Part shown: positions 1 to 11,245 of the stretch, in pieces
Layout: the number at the start of each line of letters is the position of its first letter
Numbering within the stretch: the first letter of the stretch is position 1
Notes under the pieces: generated by a model
Seen by the model: only the letters and a program-made list of their open reading frames with translations
Told to the model about the DNA's origin: nothing
Databases searched by the model: none
Assembly: GCF_006345805.1 (NCBI RefSeq)
Contig: NC_043004.1
Coordinates: 85,684,001 to 85,748,000 of the forward strand
Source: Octopus sinensis
Lineage: Eukaryota
Reading direction: 5' to 3'
Length of the DNA stretch: 64,000 nt
Translations under genes and position numbers: made by a program

Positions 1-287
1 TTTCATTTAACAGAATGTTCTCTCTTGGAAACTCTTTTTCTAGTTTCAGCTCTTATTTCAACTTCCTCTCTTCACCAATTATCGAAATACCTATAAATGT
101 TTTTGAATATTGGCTTGCTCACCATTTGCATAAAGTTTAGACTGAAAACCATTGGCCCTCAACCGGGATCCTTATGATCCATGGCGGTCCATATAAAATT
201 TGGTTGTTAATGTTTATCCACAATACATTGCTTATACCTCGATATACAAAATATTTTAACAATTTTCTTATAGAATTTGATGTAATA

Positions 288-665
288 TGTTAGCACGCCG
301 GGCGAAATGCTTAGTGGTATTTCGTCTGCCGTTGCGTTCTGAGTTCAAATACCGCCGAGGTCGACTTTGCCTTTCATCCTTTCGGGGTCGATAAATTAAG
401 TACCAGTTACGCACTGGGGTCGATATAATCGACTTAATCCATTTGCCTTTCCTTGTTTGTCCTGTCTGTGTTTAACCCCTTGTGGGTAGTAAAGAAGTAG
501 GTATTTCGTCTGTCGTTATGTTCTGAGTTCAAATTCTGCCGAGCTCGACTTTGCCTTTCATCCTTTCGGGATCGATAAATTAATAACAGTTGCATACTGA
601 GGTCGATCTAATCGACAGGCCCCCTCCCCAAATATATCGTGTCCTGTGCCTCGAGTAGAAAAGAA
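288..665 (+). mobile_element. tRNA-derived SINE family A, partially dimeric copy
   Basis: Head 'gttagcacgccgggcgaaatgcttag..ttctgagttcaaat' and core 'gactttgcctttcatcctttcggggtcgataaattaagtaccag' occur twice here and recur at many other places in the window. Confidence 0.85.
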
Positions 666-1179
666 CATTTAATTATAAAAATATGAGAGGATATTTTAAA
701 CAGTGAATGGGTATGAGGGTTCACCCGGGTGAAACAGAAATTAAAAGAGTCCATAGGTAAGAAACTTGTTGACAGCCACTGGTCTAGACAATTATAAAGA
801 GCCATAATGCAATTACTCTTATCAGTGTAACATTAGCGAAAACTAATCTAATTTTCCAAGCAAAGTAAATCACCGGAAGTGCCTGTGGCGGTTAATCTTA
901 ATAAATGTCCGTGAACTGATAGATAGAACTAGACTTTACAGAATGAAGATCCATTCTGTTCATTTGCAAGCATTTACAAAGATGAGACAGTGGACATGAT
1001 AAAGTAGTTTGAAATTGTCATGAACTTCGATACTCAGCAATAATTAGTCAAATCTATGTCACGTGTTGGGAGCACGCATTTTAGAATGTAACATGATATG
1101 TGTCTATATTTTCCTATAAAAGCAACCTGAATTGTTCTGTTCATTTATTACTATTTATTTATATAGAATTCAGTATATT

Positions 1180-1231
1180 ATGTAAAGTATTGAAGCCATC
1201 TTATCATGGCTAACCACATTGGGGAGGGGGT
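1180..1231. repeat. 52-bp direct repeat, copy 1 (left flank of Tx1-like element)
   Basis: atgtaaagtattgaagccatcttatcatggctaaccacattggggagggggt matches 5496-5547 with one mismatch. Confidence 0.95.
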
Positions 1232-1764
1232 GTTACTGTAGCTTTATAGCCCCAAGTGATCTTCGTCTCAAGCTGGCTTTAGACACAATATCTGTGTCCT
1301 TGGAGTATTTGCAAAGGGAGGCCATCCCTTCCTCGCAAGCCTGAGTGATACGCTCGAACTAGTTTCGGGATTGTTGTCCTTCGTCAACGGCGGTAACCAC
1401 CAGGTAGCGATGAAATTTTCTTTATTATGATCAATAGATCTAACATAGAATGGATACATTACAGGACAAAACAGTTACAAAATGCTATGCGAGTTCGAAT
1501 TGAAATTTTAAAAATTACAAAATTAAAATTTTATGTCACTTGAACGAAAACTTGGCTTACTTTGCTTGAAACGAAACCTTGGCTTACTTTTGCCTTTATC
1601 ACGAGAACTTTTAGTGCGTATGTTTTCTTTTCATTTCTGTTTTTTTTTTTATTAATTCTTTATTTTAAACAGTTATTACAGTGAAAGGTAATGGGAGGTA
1701 CCAGTTTCATTTTGAACCCGGCAGCCTATAAATCCCAGCAGCCGATCCCTCCTTTCCTCGATGA

Positions 1765-3572
1765 TTAAGCTGGGCTACTCTCACCCACCTTCCTCATCAC
1801 ATCCTTCCACGTTCCATATACTCTTTCTGTGGCAGGCTCCTCTTCTCCAACCCCATCTTGCTCTTCAGATGATATCCGAAGTATTTTAACAAACCGGGGC
1901 CAGAGATAAGGACCCTTTCACTAGACCTTCCACTCTAGTTCTCCATACACACTCTTTCAATACTGCCACCGTACAGTAAAAACAAGCCTTACCTTCCTTT
2001 GAGAGTCCAGTTGGCGGTATCATCTTAATCATAGATCCAGCAGACAGCTGTACTCGTCCCAGATGCGACAACACGTGTTCCACGTAACTTATCAAGCCTG
2101 ACAGCTCCCGACATTGTACAAAAGCGTGTTGAACGGTTTCATCGTCCAACCAGTATGTCCCCGAACAAGTCCGGCATACAACAATAAAATTCATAGGGTA
2201 GACCATCCAATCCCGGTGACTTTTCCCCGGCGCACTCGGCCATAGCCCCTCTTACCTCTGCGGGAGAGATCGATCCTTCACAGCACTCCGCCTCACCTGC
2301 CGAGAGCCGAGGCCCACCAGCTAGGAAGTCCTTAAGGTCTCCCCACGCTCGAGCGGGCCACCGCCCCCAAACAGCCGTGCGAAATGCTGGTGAAGGACCT
2401 TCTGCATCTCCTCCTGTCCATAGATCTTGCGGTCCTGCTCGTCAGTTAAGGACATAATACAGGACTTTTTGCCCTTCTGACTCTCCTCACGACGGGCCCA
2501 TCCGGCAACGTTAATACCTTCTCGTTTTCCTGCACGTAACTTAGCTCTGACTCTACACCCCTCGTGCTTGGCGTTGAGGTGACGGTACAATACCGCTCTC
2601 GCTGCCAACACTCCGGATGCACAGCCAGATTCCATAGCCTCGTCTAAGTTCTTAACTAATTCGCCCTCTTTTCTAGTCCTATCTAAACTTAGCTGCTTGC
2701 TAAATCTAATGGACTCCAAACGGATGGCTCTTTTGAGGGCGAGCCACCATCTATTATTAATGATGGTGCCACATAATGCCCTCTGTACTAATTCCTTAAT
2801 CCGGGTACGGAAAGCTTCACAGGTCAAAATAGACTTGTTCATCTTCCAGTACCCGGGACCTTGTCTATGGCATTTATCTACATGTACCTCACACGTTACA
2901 AGTTTGTGATCCGTGTAAGGCACAACAGAGAATTGTGGACAGCTAACACTATTCCTATCTCGTTCCTTAACAAATACTCTATCTATGTACGATCTGAGTG
3001 AGCCGTCGTTATTACTCCACGTCCACTGTGGAACGTTCGGCTCATCCAGTCGAAAACGGTCTACTAGATTAAAGCTCGCTAGTAGAGCCTTGAGGCCAGG
3101 ATTCCCCTCCTATCGCTCGAGCCTACACCATCCACCCGCGCATCGAGAATGGTGTTGAAATCCCCTACCAAGACTACCGTTTTGGACGTCACTAGAAAGT
3201 GCTCCAGTTCCCGATAAAAACCGGTCTGCCCACGTCCGTTAGGAGCGTAGACAGCCACCAACCTGAAGGACTGCTTACTCACGTGCGTCACATCTAGGAC
3301 AACCAGCCTACCTTCTGGGTCCAAAAAGACAGTACTTACCTGTAAGTCCAAGTTCTTCCTGAAAAGAACTGCCACGCCTGCACCTCCCCCTCGGCTAGGA
3401 GAAATAAATTTCTCGTAACCATTGAGAAGTGGTGAGAACGCTTGGGGTCCCTTCATCTTGGACTCGGTAACAATAGCTACTTCGATTCTATGTGAATGAG
3501 GTCGTCACGAAAACAAGCCTGTTTCCATTTCGATCCCATTCCACGCACATTTATACAACCTAACTTAATCAT
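1765..3572 (-). pseudogene. Tx1-like ORF2 remnant: APE endonuclease, linker and C-terminal domain; RT core deleted near 2150; frameshifted
   Basis: Starts MIKLGCINVRG; has VAVYAPN, VGDFN, YTDHKLV and GPGYWKMN motifs; KSPGLDGLPYEFY is followed almost directly by DETVQHAFVQC. Confidence 0.9.
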
Positions 3573-3594
3573 CGAGAAAAAAGAAATTATTTAC

Positions 3595-5060
3595 TCACGG
3601 TTGCGAGAGGGAGCCTGACAGATTCTTTCTGCCTGTCTCCCCCCCACTCGCCGTTGCTGTTGGGTGTTTCACCGGCGTTGCCACCGGGCTCTGGGTTGGT
3701 GTGGCTGCCGGGCTAACGGGTAATTTCCCAGTTGTCACCTCCTGGGTGACATCCTTAATGAAGCCGGCTTTACGTGGCTTTGTAAGGTTTTGTCTTTCCA
3801 TCCTTCTTCGCCGACCCTTCCATATCGCCACTCCGCTTCCTTCTCGGTCGCTTTGTAGCACCTGATCAGCGTACTTGCTTTCACCCATGTTTCTACTCTC
3901 ACGTTCTTTGTGGTGTATGCAATAATTTTTTCGTTGGGTTTAAACCTTTTACAGTTGGGGGGTGGTTTGTTAAAGTGCTGGCCTATAAGTGTAGTACCGC
4001 CGGGTGGGATTGGAGAATATTTTTTATTTGTTCGTCTGCGTTGTTTTTTTTTTTTGATACGGGTGGGGAGTCAGGGTGATGGATTTTTTCCTTTTGTTGG
4101 ACACGTTCGTAAATTCCATGTCTTCTTGTTTATTTGTTTTTGTTGCATTATTTTCCTCATCCTTTCCTTTCTCATTTTGCATTTCGTTCTTGTCTTCCTC
4201 CTTTTTGGAGTTCGACCTGTTTATTTTTTCCTCCTTGTTTTCGCCAGCCGTTACTTTTTCTCCACTTTGCTGCTTTCTGCGTTCTTCACAGCGTTTTGTG
4301 GGGGGGCGTTGCCCGCATTATTTTTTTTTGTGCAAACGGAGCGAACGTGGCCCTTTTGCCCGCACTTAAAACATCTGGGCCTGCGTCCTTCCACCGAAAC
4401 TCGTATGGAGTGCCCCTCCCCCACGAAGACTCTGTCTGGTAGGCTTTCCAACGTCGCATTTTCCGCCTGGATTATCATCTCCAGCTGCTGGCCTCTCCAG
4501 TGTTTTTGCAATTTTTCTCTTCATACTTAAAATTGTCAATTTTGATTCAACATCAAAAATGACCGCTGTTGCCGCCCACATCACGTCGTAGCCCGTGGTA
4601 TATCTTCTAGGGTCACTTTTGCGGTTCTGCATCCTAAATATAAGGGTAGCAGTATTATACTCTCGTTTTTCAACGTTTGTGTCGAAATTTGCCTTGCTAC
4701 TTCCGCCGTTTCAAAATGCGCCTCCACTGTAGCGCTTCTTGCACCTCGGTTGACATGACTAACTTTACTCCATATTGGAGCCATACACTTTTCGACCATT
4801 TCGTTTTTCACGTCGGTCATTCGTTTTTCCTTGATATTGTACACCCTGTAGGTGACCATTTTTTCCTTTATTGCTTGTATAGTTTCGGGGGGCGGTACCA
4901 ATCGTGTTTCTTTCGCCACTTTTTTGCACCAGCGATCTAAACTTGAATAATCTTTCCATTGATACCTCCATTTCTTCGACTTCGCCACCTACGCGTCTGA
5001 AAAACTGGGTTTTGTCTGTGTTTCCTTTTGTTTAACAGTTGTTATACTTTCTTCTCCCAT
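3595..5060 (-). pseudogene. Tx1-like ORF1 (gag-like) remnant with zinc knuckle; stops and frameshifts
   Basis: Consecutive minus-strand ORF pieces join into one protein containing EGRRPRCFKCGQKGHVRSVC (C-x2-C-x4-H-x4-C) and a low-complexity basic tail, directly upstream of ORF2. Confidence 0.85.
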
Positions 5061-5495
5061 CTCGGAAAGTCTTTTTTTGAACTTAAGTCTAATTCCATAT
5101 TAGACAACACAAACTTGTCACAAATGACAAGAGAATTTTTTTTTTTTTTCCAAAAATAACCTATACAGGTTAAGAGTCACTCACACAAAACAGCACACAG
5201 AAATTTTCTACTACCCAAGGCGAAAATTACTGGGTCAAAATCAGTTCAACAATGATATTACTTGTAACACGACAGAGTAGACAAACGGAAACGAACTCAC
5301 ACAACGATTTGCAGCAACAGAAAATATTGGTATACGCCGAGGAAAAAATTCAAAAAACACCAGGTCGCGATGAAAGAGAAGGCTCCTTTGCAAATAGATA
5401 TAAGTTTTTCTAACGACGTCTGCCACTGATATCGAAAAACGAACAGTAAGCATAATTAAATCTCAGAATGAGATTAAAACAGTAATCGCTCGATA

Positions 5496-5547
5496 ATGTA
5501 AAGTATAGAAGCCATCTTATCATGGCTAACCACATTGGGGAGGGGGT
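5496..5547. repeat. 52-bp direct repeat, copy 2 (right flank of Tx1-like element)
   Basis: 51/52 identity to 1180-1231. Confidence 0.95.
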
Positions 5548-5591
5548 ATTTTACATTAAATGCGTATATATATATATATATATTCGCCACG

Positions 5592-6534
5592 ATAGACTGC
5601 TAGTGCTCTAGATGTTTTAATGACCCTTACCATTTGACATCCAGATTCCATATTAAGAAATCGAAGTAAATATTCTGTAGACAATTTCCTAAAGAAGTTC
5701 AATAAATATTAGTTACTTATATTGGGATAAAAAAATATAGAAATCATTTCATATTTATATAAATGTATATATATATATATCAATTTTTATTAATATATAA
5801 TCATAATTAGCTAGTAAATGGTGATTTTTTTAATGAGCTGAATTAAAAGAAAATAATGAACATAATATATACTAACTGTGGAAAAAATATATCTTTTTCA
5901 CTCCTGATATATTTACTAATTTGATAAAGTTTTTCTCCACAGGTAGTAAATATTATGTCTAACATATTGTTTTAATTCGACTCATCAATAAAACAAATCA
6001 CCATTTACAAGCTAATTATGATTCTGTATTAATAGAAAAAGAGATATATTAATATGAAATAATTACAAGAAAATTCTATATATCTAGGGAAATTAGTTGG
6101 TTCATCTTGATTACCTCCCTTCCATTAGTTTTTAATATATCCTTTTGACTCCTGATATATTTACTAAATTGATAAAGATTTTCTCCACAGGTAGTAAATA
6201 TTATGTCTAACATATTGTTTTAATTCGACTCATTAATAAAACAAATCACCATTTACTAGCTAATTATGATTATATATTAACAGAAATAGAGATATATCAA
6301 TATGAAATAATTACAAGAAAATTCTATATATCCAGGAAAATTATTTGGTTCATCATGATTACCTCCCTTCCATTACTTTTTAATATATCTTATTGACTCC
6401 TGAGATATGTGCTAAATCAATATAGTTTTTTTCCACAGTTAGTAGATATTATGTCCATCATTTTCTTTTAATTCAACTCATTAAAAAAATCGCCATTTAC
6501 TAGCTAATTATGATTATATATTAATAGAAATTGA

Positions 6535-6578
<44 letters not shown>

Positions 6579-6738
6579 GAAATGATATCTATATTTTTTC
6601 TATCCCTATATAAGTAGCTAATATTTATTGAAATTCTTTAGGAAATTGTCTAAAGAATATTTACTTAGATTTCTTAATATGGAATCTGGATGTTACATGG
6701 TAAGGGACATTAAAACATCTAGAGCACTAGTAGTCTAT
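5592..6738. mobile_element. Foldback-type non-autonomous DNA transposon with ~300-bp modular TIRs
   Basis: 5592-~5890 is the reverse complement of ~6420-6738 (termini atagactgctagtgctctagatg / catctagagcactagtagtctat). Interior is tandem repeats; no ORF; no TSD seen. Confidence 0.8.
5895..6535. repeat. Internal tandem repeat, ~248-bp unit, about 2.6 copies
   Basis: The motif 'ctcctga' and its downstream text recur at 5901, 6149 and 6397. Confidence 0.9.
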
Positions 6739-7094
6739 GTTCTCTTACCCCTCTAACTTCAACCTACTAGCTTTTTGTTATAATACATTCAAATGTGTCT
6801 TAACTGAATTCCTTAAAATGGGAATAGGTTTATGGTTTTGACATTTGTACTACCCCTTCCTATATCTATAAATAGAAATAATTCTTTGTCTCCATCCAAC
6901 CAAAAATAAAATCCCCTCCCCATTTACAGATCTAAATAACAAAATAAACTCAATGATAAAATCTACAGTCAAAGAATGAATTTGCTACTATCATGTTCTT
7001 ATGAATGAAATCAACCTCTCTGTCTATATATCTACCCTCTTTATAATGGTGGCAGATGAAATAGAGATACGAATGTGCATTGTCCGTTTGACGG

Positions 7095-7320
7095 GAAAAT
7101 TCTATAAGTGGCTGAAGATTGCTCGGCATTTTAAAACTGATGTAATACTTACAGTGTTTAATAAAATGAAGTAGCATGAAACAATTGTGCTGCTCTACCT
7201 CGGATAGACTTGTTGCTTATTTTGATTATAATCACCCCATTTGATTTATATGGATAATACCATACAAAATTCTGATGCCTTTGACTTAAGTACCATATTC
7301 ATCTGAATCTAAATTTGCTG
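7095..7320 (+). repeat. Interspersed repeat with an HHR-like fold (long stem II); inverted second copy at 12355-12560
   Basis: The reverse complement of ~7120-7320 aligns with 12355-12560. CTGAAGA at 7112, GAAAC at 7178, palindromic ACAATTGT. Confidence 0.65.
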
Positions 7321-7793
7321 ATATATATACATATAGAACTAACATAAGACAGAACAAGACTGTAGCGGATGACAATGAAAGATTCCAGTTTTCACTGCAG
7401 TTCCTCTCTGTTATATTTGAGACTATTCAAAACTGGTAGGCCCCGAAAATCTAAGCTAAACGCATGAAATATTTCGAAGAAAGCGTGCCAATGTGTGCGA
7501 CAACACGGACAAAAAACGAGAAAACGGAGAAAATGTTACACGATTACAAATACAAACAACAAGAATAACAACATGTGTCTTGCGACTAAAAGGACAAGTT
7601 AAGAGAAGCTGGCGTTTAACGTGGAAACATTGCGGCAGCAAACATGGAAGAAAGTCAGGCGGCAGGAAAATAAGTTGTTGTGCGAGCGGCGGTCAAACCA
7701 GGAAAGAAAGATCATGCTTGGGCGAGCATCGAGCACGTGGGAAGAACAGAATGAGGTAGGAAGCAGAGGGAGTTAAGAATTATGGAAGGTAAT

Positions 7794-7827
<34 letters not shown>

Positions 7828-7914
7828 CACAAGGGAGATAACAGAGGAAAGTAGAGAGTTTAAAGAGAATGTGAAGAAATGTGCGACATTGAAAAATTAG
7901 GGAAGGAACTATAT

Positions 7915-8125
7915 ATATATAAAGGGAAAGTTTACGAAAATAAACAAAAGACGAAGGCAGGTGGTGTACAAAACAAACAGATGTATTCGTATAGCGCTCA
8001 GGAATAGAAAAAGTATTTTACGTTTCGAGCCTACGCTCTTCTACAGAAAGGGACAATGAAAAAGCAAGGAGAGAAACGAGGAGACAAAAAAATGTGTGTA
8101 GGGGCTAACGATCTATCATGGTGTC
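7915..8125 (-). mobile_element. Solo Penelope-type pseudo-LTR fragment with degenerate minimal HHR (8019-8046)
   Basis: Minus strand reads CTGTAGA-A-GAGC-GTAG-GCTC-GAAAC-GTA. Shares 'cgatctatcatgg' with the end of the PLE at 31401. Flanked by (AT)n. Confidence 0.65.
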
Positions 8126-8992
8126 TATATATATATATATATATAATATATATATATATAAATTAAGCAGAAAATGGAGAAATCTTGATCAAAAACCATT
8201 GGCTACCATCGAATAAATTTTTTTCATATCAAACTTTATAGCATCTTACATCTGTTTCTGCTTCCAATGTTTTCTAGTGTTGCCAAAGAAATTTCTGGGA
8301 ATAATATTCGTCATATTTTGTAACACATCCCATCTGGAACATGGATTGAAGAAAACTACATGAGATACAGATTGAAGAAAAATACGTAAAACAAAAGAAA
8401 ATAAAAGACCCTCCAGAAGAGGAATGAATGCTTAATATATTTGAATCATATCATTTTGCAGTGAAACGCTTCAGGCAGGATGACTAAATGACTAAACTAG
8501 AAATATCATTTGGTGGGTTAATCTTTCTACAGAGGTAACAGGGTGTATAAATAATAAAAGAAAAGAAAATAAGTACATTAGTATAAAGGGATACGACAAT
8601 AGGTCTAGAAAAAGAGTGAGTGATAATGCTATAACGGGTAGAGGTAATCATAATATTTCTTGAGATTATGTTAATAGTACTAATTAATATTTTATCCAAA
8701 TAAAATGCTCATAAATTAATTACATTTATTACTTACCGATAAAGACCAAACACTTGTTCTCCGTAATGGGATTGACCAAAGTCCAGCTTTCAATATAATT
8801 GGTCAGTTAAATTTAAAAAAACACACGGCAAGCTATTAAGTTGGTTATACGGGTAGATTTAAATATAGAGGTAAATGAAAAGTAAAATTATCAAGAAGTA
8901 ACATGTGTTATAAGTGCCCCAAGGCCGCTTAGGTAGTAAAACGGATATTCTTATCCTTTAGACGGTTATTCTAACCTCCAACTCTGCTAACC

Positions 8993-9029
<37 letters not shown>

Positions 9030-9039
9030 ATATATATAT

Positions 9040-11190
9040 ATAGGAAAAAATAAGGTACTCAGAGATCTGATGGTTGTACATTTACAGATTTTTATTAATA
9101 TGTCACAGGTTTTTATAAATCATATATTTAACGCTTGCATCTACTCTAGTAGATTCTTCAGATTTGAATTTTTTGAGGGGATTTGTCTCTTTTTATAGCA
9201 TTATTGAGTGCGTAGGGGTGGAGAGAGATATAGTAAAAGAGGGTGAGGGATGGGGAGAAAGTGAGAGAGTATGTGTGCGTTTGTGTGTGTGTGTTTGCGT
9301 ATGTGTGTGTGCGCGTGTGCCTGTGTATCTGAGATGATTGTCAATGGAAAAGAGAAGGAAAGAAAGAAGAAAAAATGTGTTTACATCTATACAGTTGGTC
9401 AGTTCTTTTAATAGAAAGTGATGAGTTGATTCCTGGCCTTTAAAAATGGCAAAATCAGGTGGATACTCTAAGGATGGGGGCTTGTTTTGATAAAAGTTAT
9501 TTTTTAAAAAATTGTCTGGATTATTATCATCGTTATCATCATTCTCCAGTGAGAGAGAGTGCATGTGTGTTTTTGTGTGCGTGTGTGTGTGTGTGTATGC
9601 CTGTGTATCTTAAAGGAGTGTCAATGCAAAAGGGAAGGAAGGGAAGAAGGAAGAAAGGAAGACACAATTGTGCATACATCTATACAGATGTTCAGTTCTT
9701 TCAATAGAAGATGACAAGTTGGTTAATAAATATATTCTATCCTCTTTGTCAGGGGATAGAGAAAGAGAGATGACAAAGAGAAGAAAATCAAACATCTTCT
9801 TAGCTTGAAAAACTTACAGCAACTGATAATGGACGCAGAATAACAGGGGCTGCTAATACGAAACAGAAGTTGCAGGAGAGTGCGTGCCGAAAGGACGAGG
9901 AAATGTATGATGGAGAGAATAGAGGTAAGTAAATACGGAAATGTTGCAGAGAGAGTGTGGAAGGAGGATTTCAAAGGGTAGAAATAATTAAGAGGAGGTG
10001 AAAGGATCAAAGGAAAAACGTTCATTTATACCTGTCGGGGCATAGAGCCAAGATCAAATATGAGACTTTGCTCCTTTCGTTTTCTACAGAAGGGGGCTCC
10101 GTGGTGCAAGGCCATCTCACTCAATGATAAAGCTGCTATAGAATGATTCACACTGTTGAAGTGCGTGGAGAAGGGTTGGCCTGGCATACGTAGCATTATG
10201 CTACTAATGAGTTCGTGAAAGCGATCCACAAGGCGTCGCCCTGTTTGTCCAATATAAAGAGCACTGCAGATTTTGCATATGATGCAATATATGAGATTCG
10301 CAACAGTGTAACAGAAGTGGTGTGTTATGAGTTATTGTCTTCTTGGGCTCCGTGATCGTGTTAATATTGTTGATGTAGGGACATGTGTTACATTGCCGGT
10401 GAGAACATTTATAAGTTCCTGGTTGTGCAGAGCTGGGAACTGGGAACCTTCTGACAAGGAGATTTCTAAGACTCCTATCAGTTTTAAAAGACAGGAGAGG
10501 CGGTGTGGGAAAGATTGTGACGGTTGTTGGGTCAGAAAGAAGGAAAAGGAAGTTGTGGGTGAGTTTGTGATTTAGAAGGTTGGTGGGTGAGAGAGAATGG
10601 AATACAGTTGGTGGAAGTGCGTGAAGATGGTAGGAGAGCTGCGCTGCGGTTGATGCCTGGGGCTTGGTGGAGTGGCGGTTCGACAACTGATGGAGGATAC
10701 TCTCGATATAGAAAAAAATGTCGCTTCATTTTACTATTCGAACTCCGAATCGAAGCTGCAAAGTCATCGAAGGCGAAGAAATTGAGAGAAAGGTATACAA
10801 AAATTTAATGTGTCTGCGGTGAAAGGACGAGTAGTAAAGGTAGGAGCTGGAGTCTGACAGTTTATAGTAGACAGTGGTGGAGAAGTGGGTAATGTGTATT
10901 TAGACGGAGAGTCCAGAAAGCAAAGAGAAATATCAGATATGATGTCTGTGGATTCCAAGGTTGGGTGAAAGGTGTTAACGAAAGAAATAAAATCGTTGAG
11001 CTGTTGTCCGTGAAGGCTTGTAGCGCCAATGCAGTCGTCAATGTAACGACTATAATGTTCTGGGATGGGTCCAGACAAGTGAGCAAAGATTTGCTCTTCT
11101 ACATAACCTACAAAGAGGTTGCCATAATTGGGGGCCATCCTGGTGCCCATAGCAATACCACTGACTGCTTATAGATTTGACCAGGGAAGG
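9040..11190 (-). mobile_element. Penelope-like retroelement (PLE), 5'-truncated, with 3' region/pLTR
   Basis: RT and GIY-YIG remnants (10010-11190), then a CT-rich 3' region with an internal ~150-bp duplication (9260-9410 / 9550-9705) and an HHR-like motif at 9129-9161. Confidence 0.85.
10010..11190 (-). pseudogene. PLE reverse transcriptase C-terminal half plus GIY-YIG endonuclease, frameshifted
   Basis: AMGTRMAPNYGNLFVG, RYIDD, CIPFSQFLRLR, the C-x4-C-x2-C linker (CSHRQCNTC) and LYIGQTGRRL motifs. Confidence 0.9.
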
Positions 11191-11211
11191 AAGAACATTT
11201 GAACATATATT

Positions 11212-11245
<34 letters not shown>

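Larger units (their letters stand above)
1232..5495 (-). mobile_element. Tx1/L1-clade non-LTR retrotransposon, internally deleted (no RT core)
   Basis: 5' UTR, ORF1 with a CCHC knuckle, ORF2 with APE endonuclease and C-terminal Zn-binding motif; bounded by the 52-bp direct repeats. Confidence 0.85.

Noticed and set aside
1221-1245. Purine run followed by TGTTA, resembling a PPT and LTR start
   Set aside because: There is no second LTR copy, PBS or integrase/gag-pol of LTR type, and the purine run belongs to the 52-bp duplication.
1757-3576. 13-bp inverted match at both ends of ORF2 (ctcgatgattaag / cttaatcatcgag)
   Set aside because: It is short, and ORF2 motifs stay colinear on one strand, so there is no evidence of inversion. 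Probably chance, though it could be rechecked against a consensus.
3910-4530. 206-aa hydrophobic plus-strand ORF and other ORFs overlapping the Tx1, PLE and RTE remnants
   Set aside because: They are antisense shadows of purine-rich retroelement coding strands, with no independent motifs.
8737-8786. 50-bp minus-strand segment with AG and GTAAGT boundaries, open in all frames
   Set aside because: Weak pyrimidine tract, no recognisable protein and no partner exons; expected by chance.
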